NCBI GenBank assembly: GCA_018061075.1
Contig: JAGOUW010000001.1
Location: 167,105 to 231,104 of the forward strand
Origin: Candidatus Levyibacteriota bacterium
Lineage (GTDB): Bacteria > Patescibacteriota > Microgenomatia > Levybacterales > UBA12049
Direction of reading: 5' to 3'
DNA: 64,000 nucleotides
The stretch's first letter is position 1; each line of letters begins with the position of its first letter. A program made the position numbers and the translations under genes. The notes beneath the pieces were generated by a model. The model did not search any database, was not told where the DNA came from, and saw nothing but the letters and a program-made list of their open reading frames with translations. Below, piece after piece: positions 37,151 through 46,145 of this stretch.

Positions 37151-39501
37151 ACGGAAGAATAAGTATATCTTTAATTTACGATTCAATTGGTTCTGTCCTA
37201 ATTAGATTTTTTGCAATAAACGGAGCTTTAATTCTTATTGTTTATGAGATTGTTTTAGGAAACTTTCCAAGAATTCCATTGTTCCTTTTATCATTAATTA
37301 CTATTATTCATATTTTTATTAGATATGAGATTGAGAATATTTTGCCTATGAAAAAAGTCACTGGAAATTTAACGGACACATTAGACTGTTTTACAAAAGA
37401 AGCTCTTATGGCTGTTCTACTTAAAAATAATTCACCTTCCATTATTAATTATTTAAAAAATAGACTTCAAATTAAATTTTATCTAGAAAAAGTAGCGATA
37501 AATTCTAAAGATTTAAAGATTGTAGATTTTCCAAAGCACGATTTATATGCGAAAGCATTAGAAATCGCAAAGTCTCAAAATGGAAATTATGTTACTTCCG
37601 TTGATCTTTTTACGGCCTTTCTTCTTCTGACAGAAAATCAAACAAAATTACTTTTTTCAAACAGATTAAAAGAAACAGATATTTTAAATATAAATCACTG
37701 GACTAAAGTAACGTTTGATGAAGAAAATATTAAGCCTAAAAAAGCAAGGTTTGTGGGAATTGGAATTGGGGAAACGCTAGTGTGGGGTTGGACTCCTGAA
37801 ACAAGAAATTATACTAAAGACTTAACTTTTTCAAGCGTTAGAAAAAAAGGATTTATAGAAGGAAGGGAAACAGAATATAAAGAAATGCTTGAGGCAATGC
37901 AGAGAAAAGAAAATAATAATGTACTTCTGGTTGGAGATATTGGAACGGGAAAAAGTAATTTAGTGGATAATTTTATTTTTGATAGTTATGAAGCAAATTT
38001 ATCCAAAAAATTAAATCACAGAAGATTTTTAGAAGTTGCAATTGGTCCGCTTGTTGCTGGAACTGCAAATAGAGAAGAATTAGAAACAAGACTCCAGGCG
38101 ATAATTGAAGAGGTAAAGCATTCAGGAAATGTAATTTTATATGTACCAGAGTTCCAAAATTTAATTGGTTCATCTTCTTATGAAATCGATTTATCTGGCG
38201 CCATTCTTCCATATCTTAGAGATGGAAGAATGCCTATAGTCGCGACTATGACAGAGCCTGAGTATAAAAAATATTTTGAAAATAATGCAATTAGAGAGGT
38301 TTTTGAAATTATAAAACTTAGTGAGCCGAATGAAGAAACGGCATTAAAAATGCTTTTTCAAAAAGCTGAAGAAATTGAAAATGATACTAAGACCCAACTT
38401 AGCTATAGGGCTGTTCTTTCAGCTGTAAAATACGCAGACAAATTTGATGTAAATGCAGTGCTTCCTGGAACTGCCGTTGAGCTTTTAACAGAAGCTGCAA
38501 ATTCTGTTTATCTGGATAAAAGAAAAGAAAAAATAGTTCTTGAGGAAGATATTTTAGCTAAAGTTGAAACAAAAAGTCATATACCGGTGGGTCAGCCAAA
38601 ATCTGAAGAAAAACTTCTACTCCTAAATCTTGAAAATGAAATGCATAAGTTTGTTATCGGTCAAGATGAAGCAATTCGTTCAATTTCTGAAGCAATAAGA
38701 AGGATTAGGGCAGGTCTGTCTCGCGAAAAACCAATTTCATTTTTATTCTTAGGTCCTACTGGAGTTGGAAAAACAGAAGCTGCGAGAACACTTGCAAGAA
38801 TTTATTTTGGGGGTGTTGCAAATATAATCAGGGTGGATATGAGTGAATATGGAAATCCCGACTCTGTTTCAAAAATGCTTGAATCTGATTCTGGAAGCTT
38901 CTTAAATCAAATTGAAACTCATCCTTTCTCGTTAGTTTTATTAGACGAATTTGAAAAAGCCAATGAGAAAATCTTAAATTTATTTCTTCAGGTTTTTGAG
39001 GATGGAAGAATGACTGATAATTCGGGTAAAACTATTTCTTTTACTAATACTATTATTATATCTACCAGTAACGCCGGTTCTGAGTTTATCCGCGAAAATC
39101 TAGCGGGCAATAGAGACATTTCAAATAATAGTTTGTTAGATCATTTGCAGAGAAGTGGAATATTTACACCAGAATTATTAAATAGATTTGATGATATTGT
39201 CGTCTTTAATCCCCTTAATCAGTCTCAAGTTTCACAGATCGCAAAATTACTTTTAGCGCAATTATCCGGAAGACTTTCTCAGCAAGATATAACTTTAAGT
39301 TTTGATCCTCAGGCTGTTGAGTTTATTGCACGCGGCGGGTTTAATGAGGAATTTGGTGCACGTCCCCTTACCCGTTTTATTCAGGATAAGGTAGAAGATG
39401 TTATGGCTAAAAAGATGCTTTCTGGAGAAGTTGTGAGGGGAGATAAGATAAATGTTACATTAGATCAGAGTTCAAATCTTACCTTTACTAAAGCAACTTA
39501 G
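37147..39501 (+). CDS. Membrane-anchored two-ring Clp/Hsp100-family AAA+ ATPase (ClpA/ClpC-like)
   Basis: Two N-terminal TM helices and a Clp_N-like repeat. NBD1 has GDIGTGKSNLV but an atypical Walker B, ILYVPEF. NBD2 has LGPTGVGKTEAARTLA, LVLLDEFEKA and GARPLTRFIQ. There is no long M-domain. Confidence 0.8.
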   Translation: MNGRISISLIYDSIGSVLIRFFAINGALILIVYEIVLGNFPRIPLFLLSLITIIHIFIRYEIENILPMKKVTGNLTDTLDCFTKEALMAVLLKNNSPSIINYLKNRLQIKFYLEKVAINSKDLKIVDFPKHDLYAKALEIAKSQNGNYVTSVDLFTAFLLLTENQTKLLFSNRLKETDILNINHWTKVTFDEENIKPKKARFVGIGIGETLVWGWTPETRNYTKDLTFSSVRKKGFIEGRETEYKEMLEAMQRKENNNVLLVGDIGTGKSNLVDNFIFDSYEANLSKKLNHRRFLEVAIGPLVAGTANREELETRLQAIIEEVKHSGNVILYVPEFQNLIGSSSYEIDLSGAILPYLRDGRMPIVATMTEPEYKKYFENNAIREVFEIIKLSEPNEETALKMLFQKAEEIENDTKTQLSYRAVLSAVKYADKFDVNAVLPGTAVELLTEAANSVYLDKRKEKIVLEEDILAKVETKSHIPVGQPKSEEKLLLLNLENEMHKFVIGQDEAIRSISEAIRRIRAGLSREKPISFLFLGPTGVGKTEAARTLARIYFGGVANIIRVDMSEYGNPDSVSKMLESDSGSFLNQIETHPFSLVLLDEFEKANEKILNLFLQVFEDGRMTDNSGKTISFTNTIIISTSNAGSEFIRENLAGNRDISNNSLLDHLQRSGIFTPELLNRFDDIVVFNPLNQSQVSQIAKLLLAQLSGRLSQQDITLSFDPQAVEFIARGGFNEEFGARPLTRFIQDKVEDVMAKKMLSGEVVRGDKINVTLDQSSNLTFTKAT

Positions 39502-39541
39502 CCTTGAAGCTAGCTTCAGATTCTGCTATACTTACTCCACT

Positions 39542-40774
39542 ATGCCAGCAGTACAACGTAGCGAATTTGCTTTAGCACTAAATCAGGTTGCAAATGAAAG
39601 GGGAATAGACCCCGAAATAGTTTTGGATACTGTTCAAAACGCTATCCTCGCGGCTTACAGAAAAGATCACCCAGATATTGAAGTCGAAGAATATTCAGCT
39701 ACTTTGGACCCAAATTCAGGAGAAGCTAAAATTTTCCACGAAAAACTAGATGTGACACCACCAGGATTCGGAAGAATCGCAGCTCAAACAGCAAAGCAGG
39801 TTATTTTACAGAAAATTAGAGAAAAGGAAAAAGAAGCAGTAATTACGGATTATCGAGTAAGAATCGGAACGATTGTAAATGGAATGGTTCTTAGGTTTGC
39901 AGGCCCAAATATTATTGTGGATGTTGGAAAAGCTGAGGGAATTATGCCTCCTCAGGAGCAAATAGCTAATGAAAAATACCACTTAAACCAGAGAATGGCT
40001 GTTTACTTAAAAGAAATCCACGAAGGGCCAAAAGGCGAAGAAGTGGTCGTTTCCCGTGCTGATAATGGACTTTTAGAAGGATTACTTAAGCGTGAAGTTC
40101 CAGAAGTGGCTCAGGGATCAGTTGAAATTAAGGCTATTGAGAGAGAGCCAGGAAATAGAGCGAAAATTGCTGTTTATTCAAATCAGGCTGGAATTGATCC
40201 AGTAGGAAGCTGTGTTGGACAAAAAGGAGTAAGAGTGCAGGCGATAATTGCAGAATTTAATGGATTAGAAAAAATCGATATTATTCAATGGCAGGAAAAT
40301 GTTAGAGATTATGTGGTGCAAGCACTTTCACCAGCTAAAAATATTACTGTCGAAATGGATGAAAAAGAAAAAACCGCTAAGGTAAAAGTTCCACAGGAAG
40401 AATTATCATTAGCAATTGGAAAAGATGGACAAAATGTAAGATTAGCTTCAAAATTAACTGGATATAGAATTGAAATTGAGGGAGAAGGATCTCTGGTAAA
40501 AGAAGAACCAGTTGAAGATCCAAAGGAAGAAGTCGAAGAGAAGAAAGCAGAAGTTAAAGAAGAGGAAAAGGTTGAATCAGAAGAAAAAGTTGAAGCTGAT
40601 GCTAAAGAAGAAGTTGAGGAAAAAGTAGCAGAGGTAACATCGGACCTTGAAGAGGCAAAGGTAGATCCAGAAGCTCCAGTAGAAGTTAAGGCTGAAGAAT
40701 CACAAAATGAACCTTTAACTCCCGAAAATCCTGAAACTGACGCTAAAGAAGAAAATTCACCTAAAAGTTCTTAA
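39542..40774 (+). CDS. nusA: Transcription termination/antitermination factor NusA
   Basis: S1 and two KH domains (GSCVGQKGVRVQAI; AIGKDGQNVRLASKLTG), with an acidic E/K-rich C-terminal tail. Confidence 0.92.
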   Translation: MPAVQRSEFALALNQVANERGIDPEIVLDTVQNAILAAYRKDHPDIEVEEYSATLDPNSGEAKIFHEKLDVTPPGFGRIAAQTAKQVILQKIREKEKEAVITDYRVRIGTIVNGMVLRFAGPNIIVDVGKAEGIMPPQEQIANEKYHLNQRMAVYLKEIHEGPKGEEVVVSRADNGLLEGLLKREVPEVAQGSVEIKAIEREPGNRAKIAVYSNQAGIDPVGSCVGQKGVRVQAIIAEFNGLEKIDIIQWQENVRDYVVQALSPAKNITVEMDEKEKTAKVKVPQEELSLAIGKDGQNVRLASKLTGYRIEIEGEGSLVKEEPVEDPKEEVEEKKAEVKEEEKVESEEKVEADAKEEVEEKVAEVTSDLEEAKVDPEAPVEVKAEESQNEPLTPENPETDAKEENSPKSS

Positions 40775-40807
40775 CATGAGAAGCTTTAATTTTCTTCACA
40801 AAAAAAT

Positions 40808-42238
40808 ATGGACGCTAAAAAAACTAACCAAGAATATCCTCCAGTCGTAGCCGTTTTAGGTCATGTTGACCATGGTAAGACTACTCTCCTAGACACTATA
40901 AGGAAAACTTCAATTGCGAGCCGCGAGCATGGCGGAATCACCCAGAAAATTGGAGCTTCAAGTGTCGAGATTGAGCATGAAGGAAAAAAGAGATGGATTA
41001 CTTTTATAGATACTCCTGGACACGAAGCTTTTGCTAAGATGCGAGGCCGCGGAGCACAAGCTGCAGATATTGGCTTGCTCATAGTGTCTTCGGTTGATGG
41101 AGTTATGCCTCAGACAAAAGAAAGCATAGGGCTTCTTAAAGCTTCAGGAGTCCCATATATAGTAGTACTCACTAAATCAGATGATCCTCAGAAAAACCCA
41201 GAAAAAGCAAAAAGAGATCTTATGAATGAAGAGATTCTCTTCGAGGGATTAGGTGGAGACGTGCCTGTAATTGAGGTTTCTTCAAAAACTGGAGCAAATA
41301 TTAAAGAATTACTGGATCTAATCTTACTTGTTAATGATCTTCATCCAAAATCAACTGAAATTTCTGAAAATGGACCGCTTAAAGCAATTGTAATTGAATC
41401 AAAACAGGATCCAAAAGCAGGTCCTAAGGCTACAGTTGTTGTAAAAAACGGTACGATTTCAGTTAGAGATGATGTTACGACTGGTGAAGTAAGCGGTAGA
41501 GTTAGAAATTTAATATTAGATTCTGGAAAAACCACACAGTCTGCAAGAGTTGGGGACGCAGTTGAGGTTTTAGGTTTTGAAACGGCTCCAAAGGTAGGGA
41601 ATGTTATATATAAAGGCTCAGAAATAAAGCTTTTAGAAGAGTCAGAAAAAGAAATTAGAAAAAAGAACAACGAGGACTATATTTCCTTAATTTTAGTAGC
41701 TGACACTTTAGGTTCTCTTGAGGCAATCGTAGCCTCACTTCCTGAGAAAATAAACATTATTTCTAAAAAAACTGGAGACATAACTACAGCTGATGTATTG
41801 CTTGCGAAATCAATTGGAGCATTAGTCTTAGGTTTTAATATAAAAATTAAGCCTGATGTAGCGCGTTTAGCCTCAACAGAAAAGGTTTTGGTTAGAAGTT
41901 ATGGCATTATTTATGAAATGCTTGATGAAATTAAAGATGTAGTAGAAGGAAAAGCATTGTCTCTTCTTGAAGAGGTTTATGGGACAGCAAAGGTTTTAGC
42001 GAGTTTTCCATACGAAAAGCAGATTGTTATGGGTATAAAGGTTCTTGAAGGCCGCGTTGCTAAGGGAGATAAGGTAAGAATTGAACGAGGAGACGAAATT
42101 ATCGGAGAGGGTTATATTAATTCAGTGAGAATTGGAAAAGATCAAACCTCCAAAGTCGAAGCAGGCCTGGAAGCGGGTATAATAGTAGGCCCTGCGCTTG
42201 ACTTTACTATAGGCGATATGATAATATGCCATAACTAA
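40808..42238 (+). CDS. infB: Translation initiation factor IF-2 (minimal form, G domain onward)
   Basis: PPVVAVLGHVDHGKTTLLD within the first 35 aa, DTPGHEAF and TKSD. 476 aa in total. Confidence 0.92.
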   Translation: MDAKKTNQEYPPVVAVLGHVDHGKTTLLDTIRKTSIASREHGGITQKIGASSVEIEHEGKKRWITFIDTPGHEAFAKMRGRGAQAADIGLLIVSSVDGVMPQTKESIGLLKASGVPYIVVLTKSDDPQKNPEKAKRDLMNEEILFEGLGGDVPVIEVSSKTGANIKELLDLILLVNDLHPKSTEISENGPLKAIVIESKQDPKAGPKATVVVKNGTISVRDDVTTGEVSGRVRNLILDSGKTTQSARVGDAVEVLGFETAPKVGNVIYKGSEIKLLEESEKEIRKKNNEDYISLILVADTLGSLEAIVASLPEKINIISKKTGDITTADVLLAKSIGALVLGFNIKIKPDVARLASTEKVLVRSYGIIYEMLDEIKDVVEGKALSLLEEVYGTAKVLASFPYEKQIVMGIKVLEGRVAKGDKVRIERGDEIIGEGYINSVRIGKDQTSKVEAGLEAGIIVGPALDFTIGDMIICHN

Positions 42239-42278
42239 TTAAGCCTATAGAACTCTATTTGGCTTATTTTATATAAAC

Positions 42279-43289
42279 ATGGATATTCAAAGACTTAGAG
42301 AAATTTTTGACCGAGAAAGCAGTTTTGCGATTGTTGTTGGTCATGATTACACAATTGATGAAATGGGAGCTTCTCTTTCGCTTTATTTAACACTTTCCTC
42401 GCTTGGAAAAGACGTATCTGTTATTTCAACAAAGCAGCCTTTAGTAGAGGTTTCAAATCTTGTTGGAATTGACAGGGTTAAATCTGGATACGAATCAAAA
42501 AATGGAGACTTAGTAGTTTCTTTCCCATATCAGGGAGATGAAATTGGAAAAGTTTCATACACTCTTGAAGCTGGATTTTTAAATATTATCGTAAAACCTA
42601 AAGAAAACGCTCTTTCTTTTGGTGAAAAAGACGTTCTATTTAGAAGAAGTGGAGAAGTGCCTCGTGTACTTATCGCTGTTGGAGTTAAAAGACTTTCTGA
42701 ATTATCATCTATATTCAACATAGAAGCTCTTAAAGATACAACTATTATTAATATTGATAAAGCAGGAAATAATGAAGGATTTGGAGATATAGTTATGATT
42801 GGTCAGTCTGCTTCAAGTGTTTCTGAGCAAGTTACTAATGTAATGTTAACTCTTGCATACCCAATTGATCCTGATGTTGCACAAAACTTACTTAGTGGAA
42901 TTGTATATGCAACAGGAGATTTCCAAAGCTCTATGACAAGTTCTCTAGCATTTGAAATGGCTGGAATTTTACTTAGAAGCGGAGCAGTTAGGGAAGGAAT
43001 GGCACCGGTTTCAAGACAGGTTAGAAGACCAGTTGCACCAATTGCACCTATTACTCAAGCACCAACACAGCCAGTAAATAATTTCGTAGATGATGTAATG
43101 CCAAACCCTTCACTACAGCAAGTTGTTTCACAAAGACAAGCTAGAGCTACATCTCAAGCAAGATCAAACCAGGCACCATTTGATAGTACTTCTTCACAAA
43201 GCGAATTCCCAAGTGAACAGAAAAAAGATGATGCTCCACCTGATTGGTTAGCACCTAAAATCTATAAAGGCTCAACTAATGTTGAGTAA
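42279..43289 (+). CDS. DHH-family (NrnA-like) protein with degenerate catalytic motifs and a disordered tail
   Basis: FAIVVGHDYTIDEMGAS (motif I-like), INIDKAGNN where DHH is expected, and LLSGIVYATGDF (motif IV-like). The DHHA1 region is replaced by a P/Q/S-rich tail. Confidence 0.6.
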   Translation: MDIQRLREIFDRESSFAIVVGHDYTIDEMGASLSLYLTLSSLGKDVSVISTKQPLVEVSNLVGIDRVKSGYESKNGDLVVSFPYQGDEIGKVSYTLEAGFLNIIVKPKENALSFGEKDVLFRRSGEVPRVLIAVGVKRLSELSSIFNIEALKDTTIINIDKAGNNEGFGDIVMIGQSASSVSEQVTNVMLTLAYPIDPDVAQNLLSGIVYATGDFQSSMTSSLAFEMAGILLRSGAVREGMAPVSRQVRRPVAPIAPITQAPTQPVNNFVDDVMPNPSLQQVVSQRQARATSQARSNQAPFDSTSSQSEFPSEQKKDDAPPDWLAPKIYKGSTNVE

Positions 43290-43320
43290 ATAGTGAATCT
43301 TTGATATAATACCTCTCTAT

Positions 43321-43590
43321 ATGCCGCTAAGCACAACACAGAAACAAGAAATTATAAATAAATTCGCAACAGTAAAAGGTGACACAGGAAGTCCTGAAGT
43401 TCAAATTGCACTTCTTACTACCAGAATCGAAAAATTAACAGAACACTTAAAAGCACATAACCATGACGTACATTCAAGACGCGGATTATTATCAATGATC
43501 GCAAAGAGAAGAAGACTTATTAACTTTTTAACAAAAGTCGATAAGATTAGATCAGCAGACATCGCTAAAAAAGTAGGATTGAAAGATTAA
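43321..43590 (+). CDS. rpsO: 30S ribosomal protein S15
   Basis: GDTGSPEVQIALLTTRIEKLTEHLKAHNHDVHSRRGLLSMIAKRRRLINFL. Confidence 0.95.
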   Translation: MPLSTTQKQEIINKFATVKGDTGSPEVQIALLTTRIEKLTEHLKAHNHDVHSRRGLLSMIAKRRRLINFLTKVDKIRSADIAKKVGLKD

Positions 43591-43659
43591 GTAGAAAGAT
43601 ATAAAATACATTCATATTCCTCGATTTAGTAGTGTGTGGGAGAAAGAAATAAAAATTAA

Positions 43660-46140
43660 ATGAAAAACGCCTCAGTAGAGATAGAACTAGCAGGAAAAAA
43701 ACTAACCTTTGAAACAGGTGAACTTGCAGTGCAATCAACTTCTTCAGTTCTAGCCCGCCTTGGAGATACGGTGGTTTTAGTAACAGTTGTAGAAGGCGGA
43801 AAAACAGACCTAGACTATTTCCCACTTTCAATTGAATACCAAGAGCGTCTTTACGCTGGAGGAAAAATTAAAGGTTCTCGTTGGGTAAAAAGAGGCGGAA
43901 GACCAAGCGACGAATCAATACTCGCTGGAAGACTTATCGATCGCTCTGTTAGACCACTTTTTCCAAAAGCATTTAAAAATGAAGTACAAGTAATCATAAC
44001 TGTTCTTTCAGTTGATGGTGAAAATGAAGCAGATATAGTAGCTCTAAATGCTGTTTCAGCAGCAATAGCAATTTCAAGAATTCCATGGAATGGACCAATT
44101 GGAGCAGTAAGAGTTGGATATTTAAGTCGCGAAGAAGGCGGAAAACCTGAAATCGTTGCTAATCCAATAAGTTCAGAAATAGCTTCTTCAGAATTAGACA
44201 TAGTTCTATCTCAATCAAAAGACAAGACAGTAATGATTGAAGCTGGAGCGAAGCAAGTTACGGAAGACATATTAATGTCTGCAGTTGAAATTGCTCACAA
44301 GGAAACTCAATCAGTCATTAAGGGAATTGAAGAATTAGTTAAAAAAGCTGGACAAGAAAAATTAGAAGTTCCAGCTGAGGGAGATCTAAATGAAGTAGTT
44401 GCACTTATTGATAAATCTTATAAAGAAGAAGTCCAAAATCTTATTGATACAAGAGTAAATAAAGAAGGCGGCGGAAATGAAACAGGAGCATTAATTGATA
44501 AGATTTTTGAAGATTTGAAGGTAAAAGATGCTGGATCTGAAATAGACAAGAAAACTATTGCCGCAGCTGTAGAAAAGGTAATGTTTAAGTTAATTAGATC
44601 AAACGTTATTACCAAAGGAAAAAGAGCAGACGGAAGGAAAATGGATGAAATTAGACAACTTCAGGGAAAAGTTGGACTTCTTCCAAGAACTCACGGATCA
44701 GCGCTATTCCAAAGAGGTATAACTCAAGCTCTCACAATTGCAACACTAGGATCTCCTCGAATGGGACAACTCATTGAATCAGCAGATGGAGAAGAAGAAA
44801 AAAGATACATACATCATTATTCAGGTCTTCCATATTCATTTGGTCAAACTGGACGTGTAGGAACTCCAAGTAGACGTGAAATCGGACATGGAGCATTAGC
44901 AGAAAGAGCTCTAGAAGCAGTTATTCCATCTCAAGCTGAATTCCCATACACAATTCAGGTCGTATCAGAAGTTTTATCACAAAATGGATCTTCATCTATG
45001 GCTTCAACTTGTGGATCAACTCTAGCTCTTATGGATGCAGGAGTTCCAATTAAAAAACCAGTTGCTGGAATTTCAATCGGAATGATGTCTGATGGAGATA
45101 AGTATGAGCTCTTGACTGACATTATTGGTCTTGAAGACTTTTCTGGAGACATGGACTTTAAAGTAGCAGGAACAGACTCAGGAGTAACAGCAATCCAGCT
45201 TGATGTTAAAATCCCTGGACTAACTGATGAACAAATTAAAGCTATATTGGACAGAGCAAAAACAGCAAGACTTGAGATTCTTAAGGTTATTGCGTCTGTT
45301 ATTCCAGAGCCAAGAAAAAATCTTTCTGACTTTGCTCCAAAAATTGAGACAGTTAAGATTCCAGTAGATAAGATCGGTGAACTAATCGGACCAGGTGGAA
45401 AAAATATCAAACATATTATTGCTACTACTGGAGCACAAGTTGACGTAGAAGATGACGGAACAGTCACCATTTCAGGAGTTGATCGGGATGCTGTAAAAGC
45501 AGGAACCGATTGGATAAAAAATATGATGAGAGAAGTAACCGTTGGAGAAGTTTTTGAAGATTCTGAAGTTAAAAGAATGCTTCCTTTTGGAGCATTTGTA
45601 GAATTCTTACCAGGAAAAGAAGGCATGGTTCATGTATCACAGATGGCAGCAGAATATGTAAAAAATCCAGCTGACGTAGTTAATATTGGAGATAAAGTAA
45701 AAGTTAGAGTAATGGAAATTGATGATCAGGGAAGAATAAACCTTTCTATGAAATTTGGTGCAGACGCTGATAAGCCATCAAGTGGTGGCGGAGATAGAGG
45801 CGGAGACCGCGGAGGATTCGAAGATAGAGGACCAAGAAGAGATGGTGGTGGATTTAGAGGAGGTCCAAGAAATGATCGTGGACCACGAAGAGATTTTGCA
45901 CCACGCAGTGACTTTGCTCCTAGAAATGATTTTGCGCCAAGAAATGATAGACCAGCTGCAAATTTTGAACAACAGGTGCCAACTGCACCTTTAAAGGGAC
46001 CTCGTCATGATGATCCTGAAGCAGGACCAGCAGCGCATCCTTTAGCAATGCAATTTAGGAGAGAGCGAGAAGAGAATTTTAGAAAAAATAATCCAAGAAC
46101 TGGTGGAGCACGACGTCCTTACAAAAAAACCCACTATTAA
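43660..46140 (+). CDS. pnp: Polyribonucleotide nucleotidyltransferase (PNPase) with an RG-rich C-terminal extension
   Basis: Two RNase PH domains, KH (GPGGKNIKHI) and S1 (GMVHVSQM), followed by a roughly 125-aa tail GGGDRGGDRGGFEDRGPRRDGGGFRGGPRNDRGPRRDFAPR... Confidence 0.95.
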   Translation: MKNASVEIELAGKKLTFETGELAVQSTSSVLARLGDTVVLVTVVEGGKTDLDYFPLSIEYQERLYAGGKIKGSRWVKRGGRPSDESILAGRLIDRSVRPLFPKAFKNEVQVIITVLSVDGENEADIVALNAVSAAIAISRIPWNGPIGAVRVGYLSREEGGKPEIVANPISSEIASSELDIVLSQSKDKTVMIEAGAKQVTEDILMSAVEIAHKETQSVIKGIEELVKKAGQEKLEVPAEGDLNEVVALIDKSYKEEVQNLIDTRVNKEGGGNETGALIDKIFEDLKVKDAGSEIDKKTIAAAVEKVMFKLIRSNVITKGKRADGRKMDEIRQLQGKVGLLPRTHGSALFQRGITQALTIATLGSPRMGQLIESADGEEEKRYIHHYSGLPYSFGQTGRVGTPSRREIGHGALAERALEAVIPSQAEFPYTIQVVSEVLSQNGSSSMASTCGSTLALMDAGVPIKKPVAGISIGMMSDGDKYELLTDIIGLEDFSGDMDFKVAGTDSGVTAIQLDVKIPGLTDEQIKAILDRAKTARLEILKVIASVIPEPRKNLSDFAPKIETVKIPVDKIGELIGPGGKNIKHIIATTGAQVDVEDDGTVTISGVDRDAVKAGTDWIKNMMREVTVGEVFEDSEVKRMLPFGAFVEFLPGKEGMVHVSQMAAEYVKNPADVVNIGDKVKVRVMEIDDQGRINLSMKFGADADKPSSGGGDRGGDRGGFEDRGPRRDGGGFRGGPRNDRGPRRDFAPRSDFAPRNDFAPRNDRPAANFEQQVPTAPLKGPRHDDPEAGPAAHPLAMQFRREREENFRKNNPRTGGARRPYKKTHY
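45892..45945 (+). repeat. Three tandem 18-nt (6-codon) repeats encoding DFAPR(S/N) inside the pnp tail
   Basis: gattttgcaccacgcagt / gactttgctcctagaaat / gattttgcgccaagaaat. Confidence 0.8.
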
Positions 46141-46145
46141 ACTTG

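Noticed and set aside
44955-45626. 223-aa minus-strand ORF inside pnp, together with other antisense ORFs in pnp (43851..44201, 44418..44615)
   Set aside because: They are antisense to a strongly conserved PNPase reading frame. Their S/P/I-rich composition is typical of shadow frames.
45755-45994. Overlapping ORFs on both strands in the pnp 3' region
   Set aside because: They are generated by the tandem GA/AG-rich repeats encoding the RG-rich tail. The pnp frame is continuous from the S1 domain.
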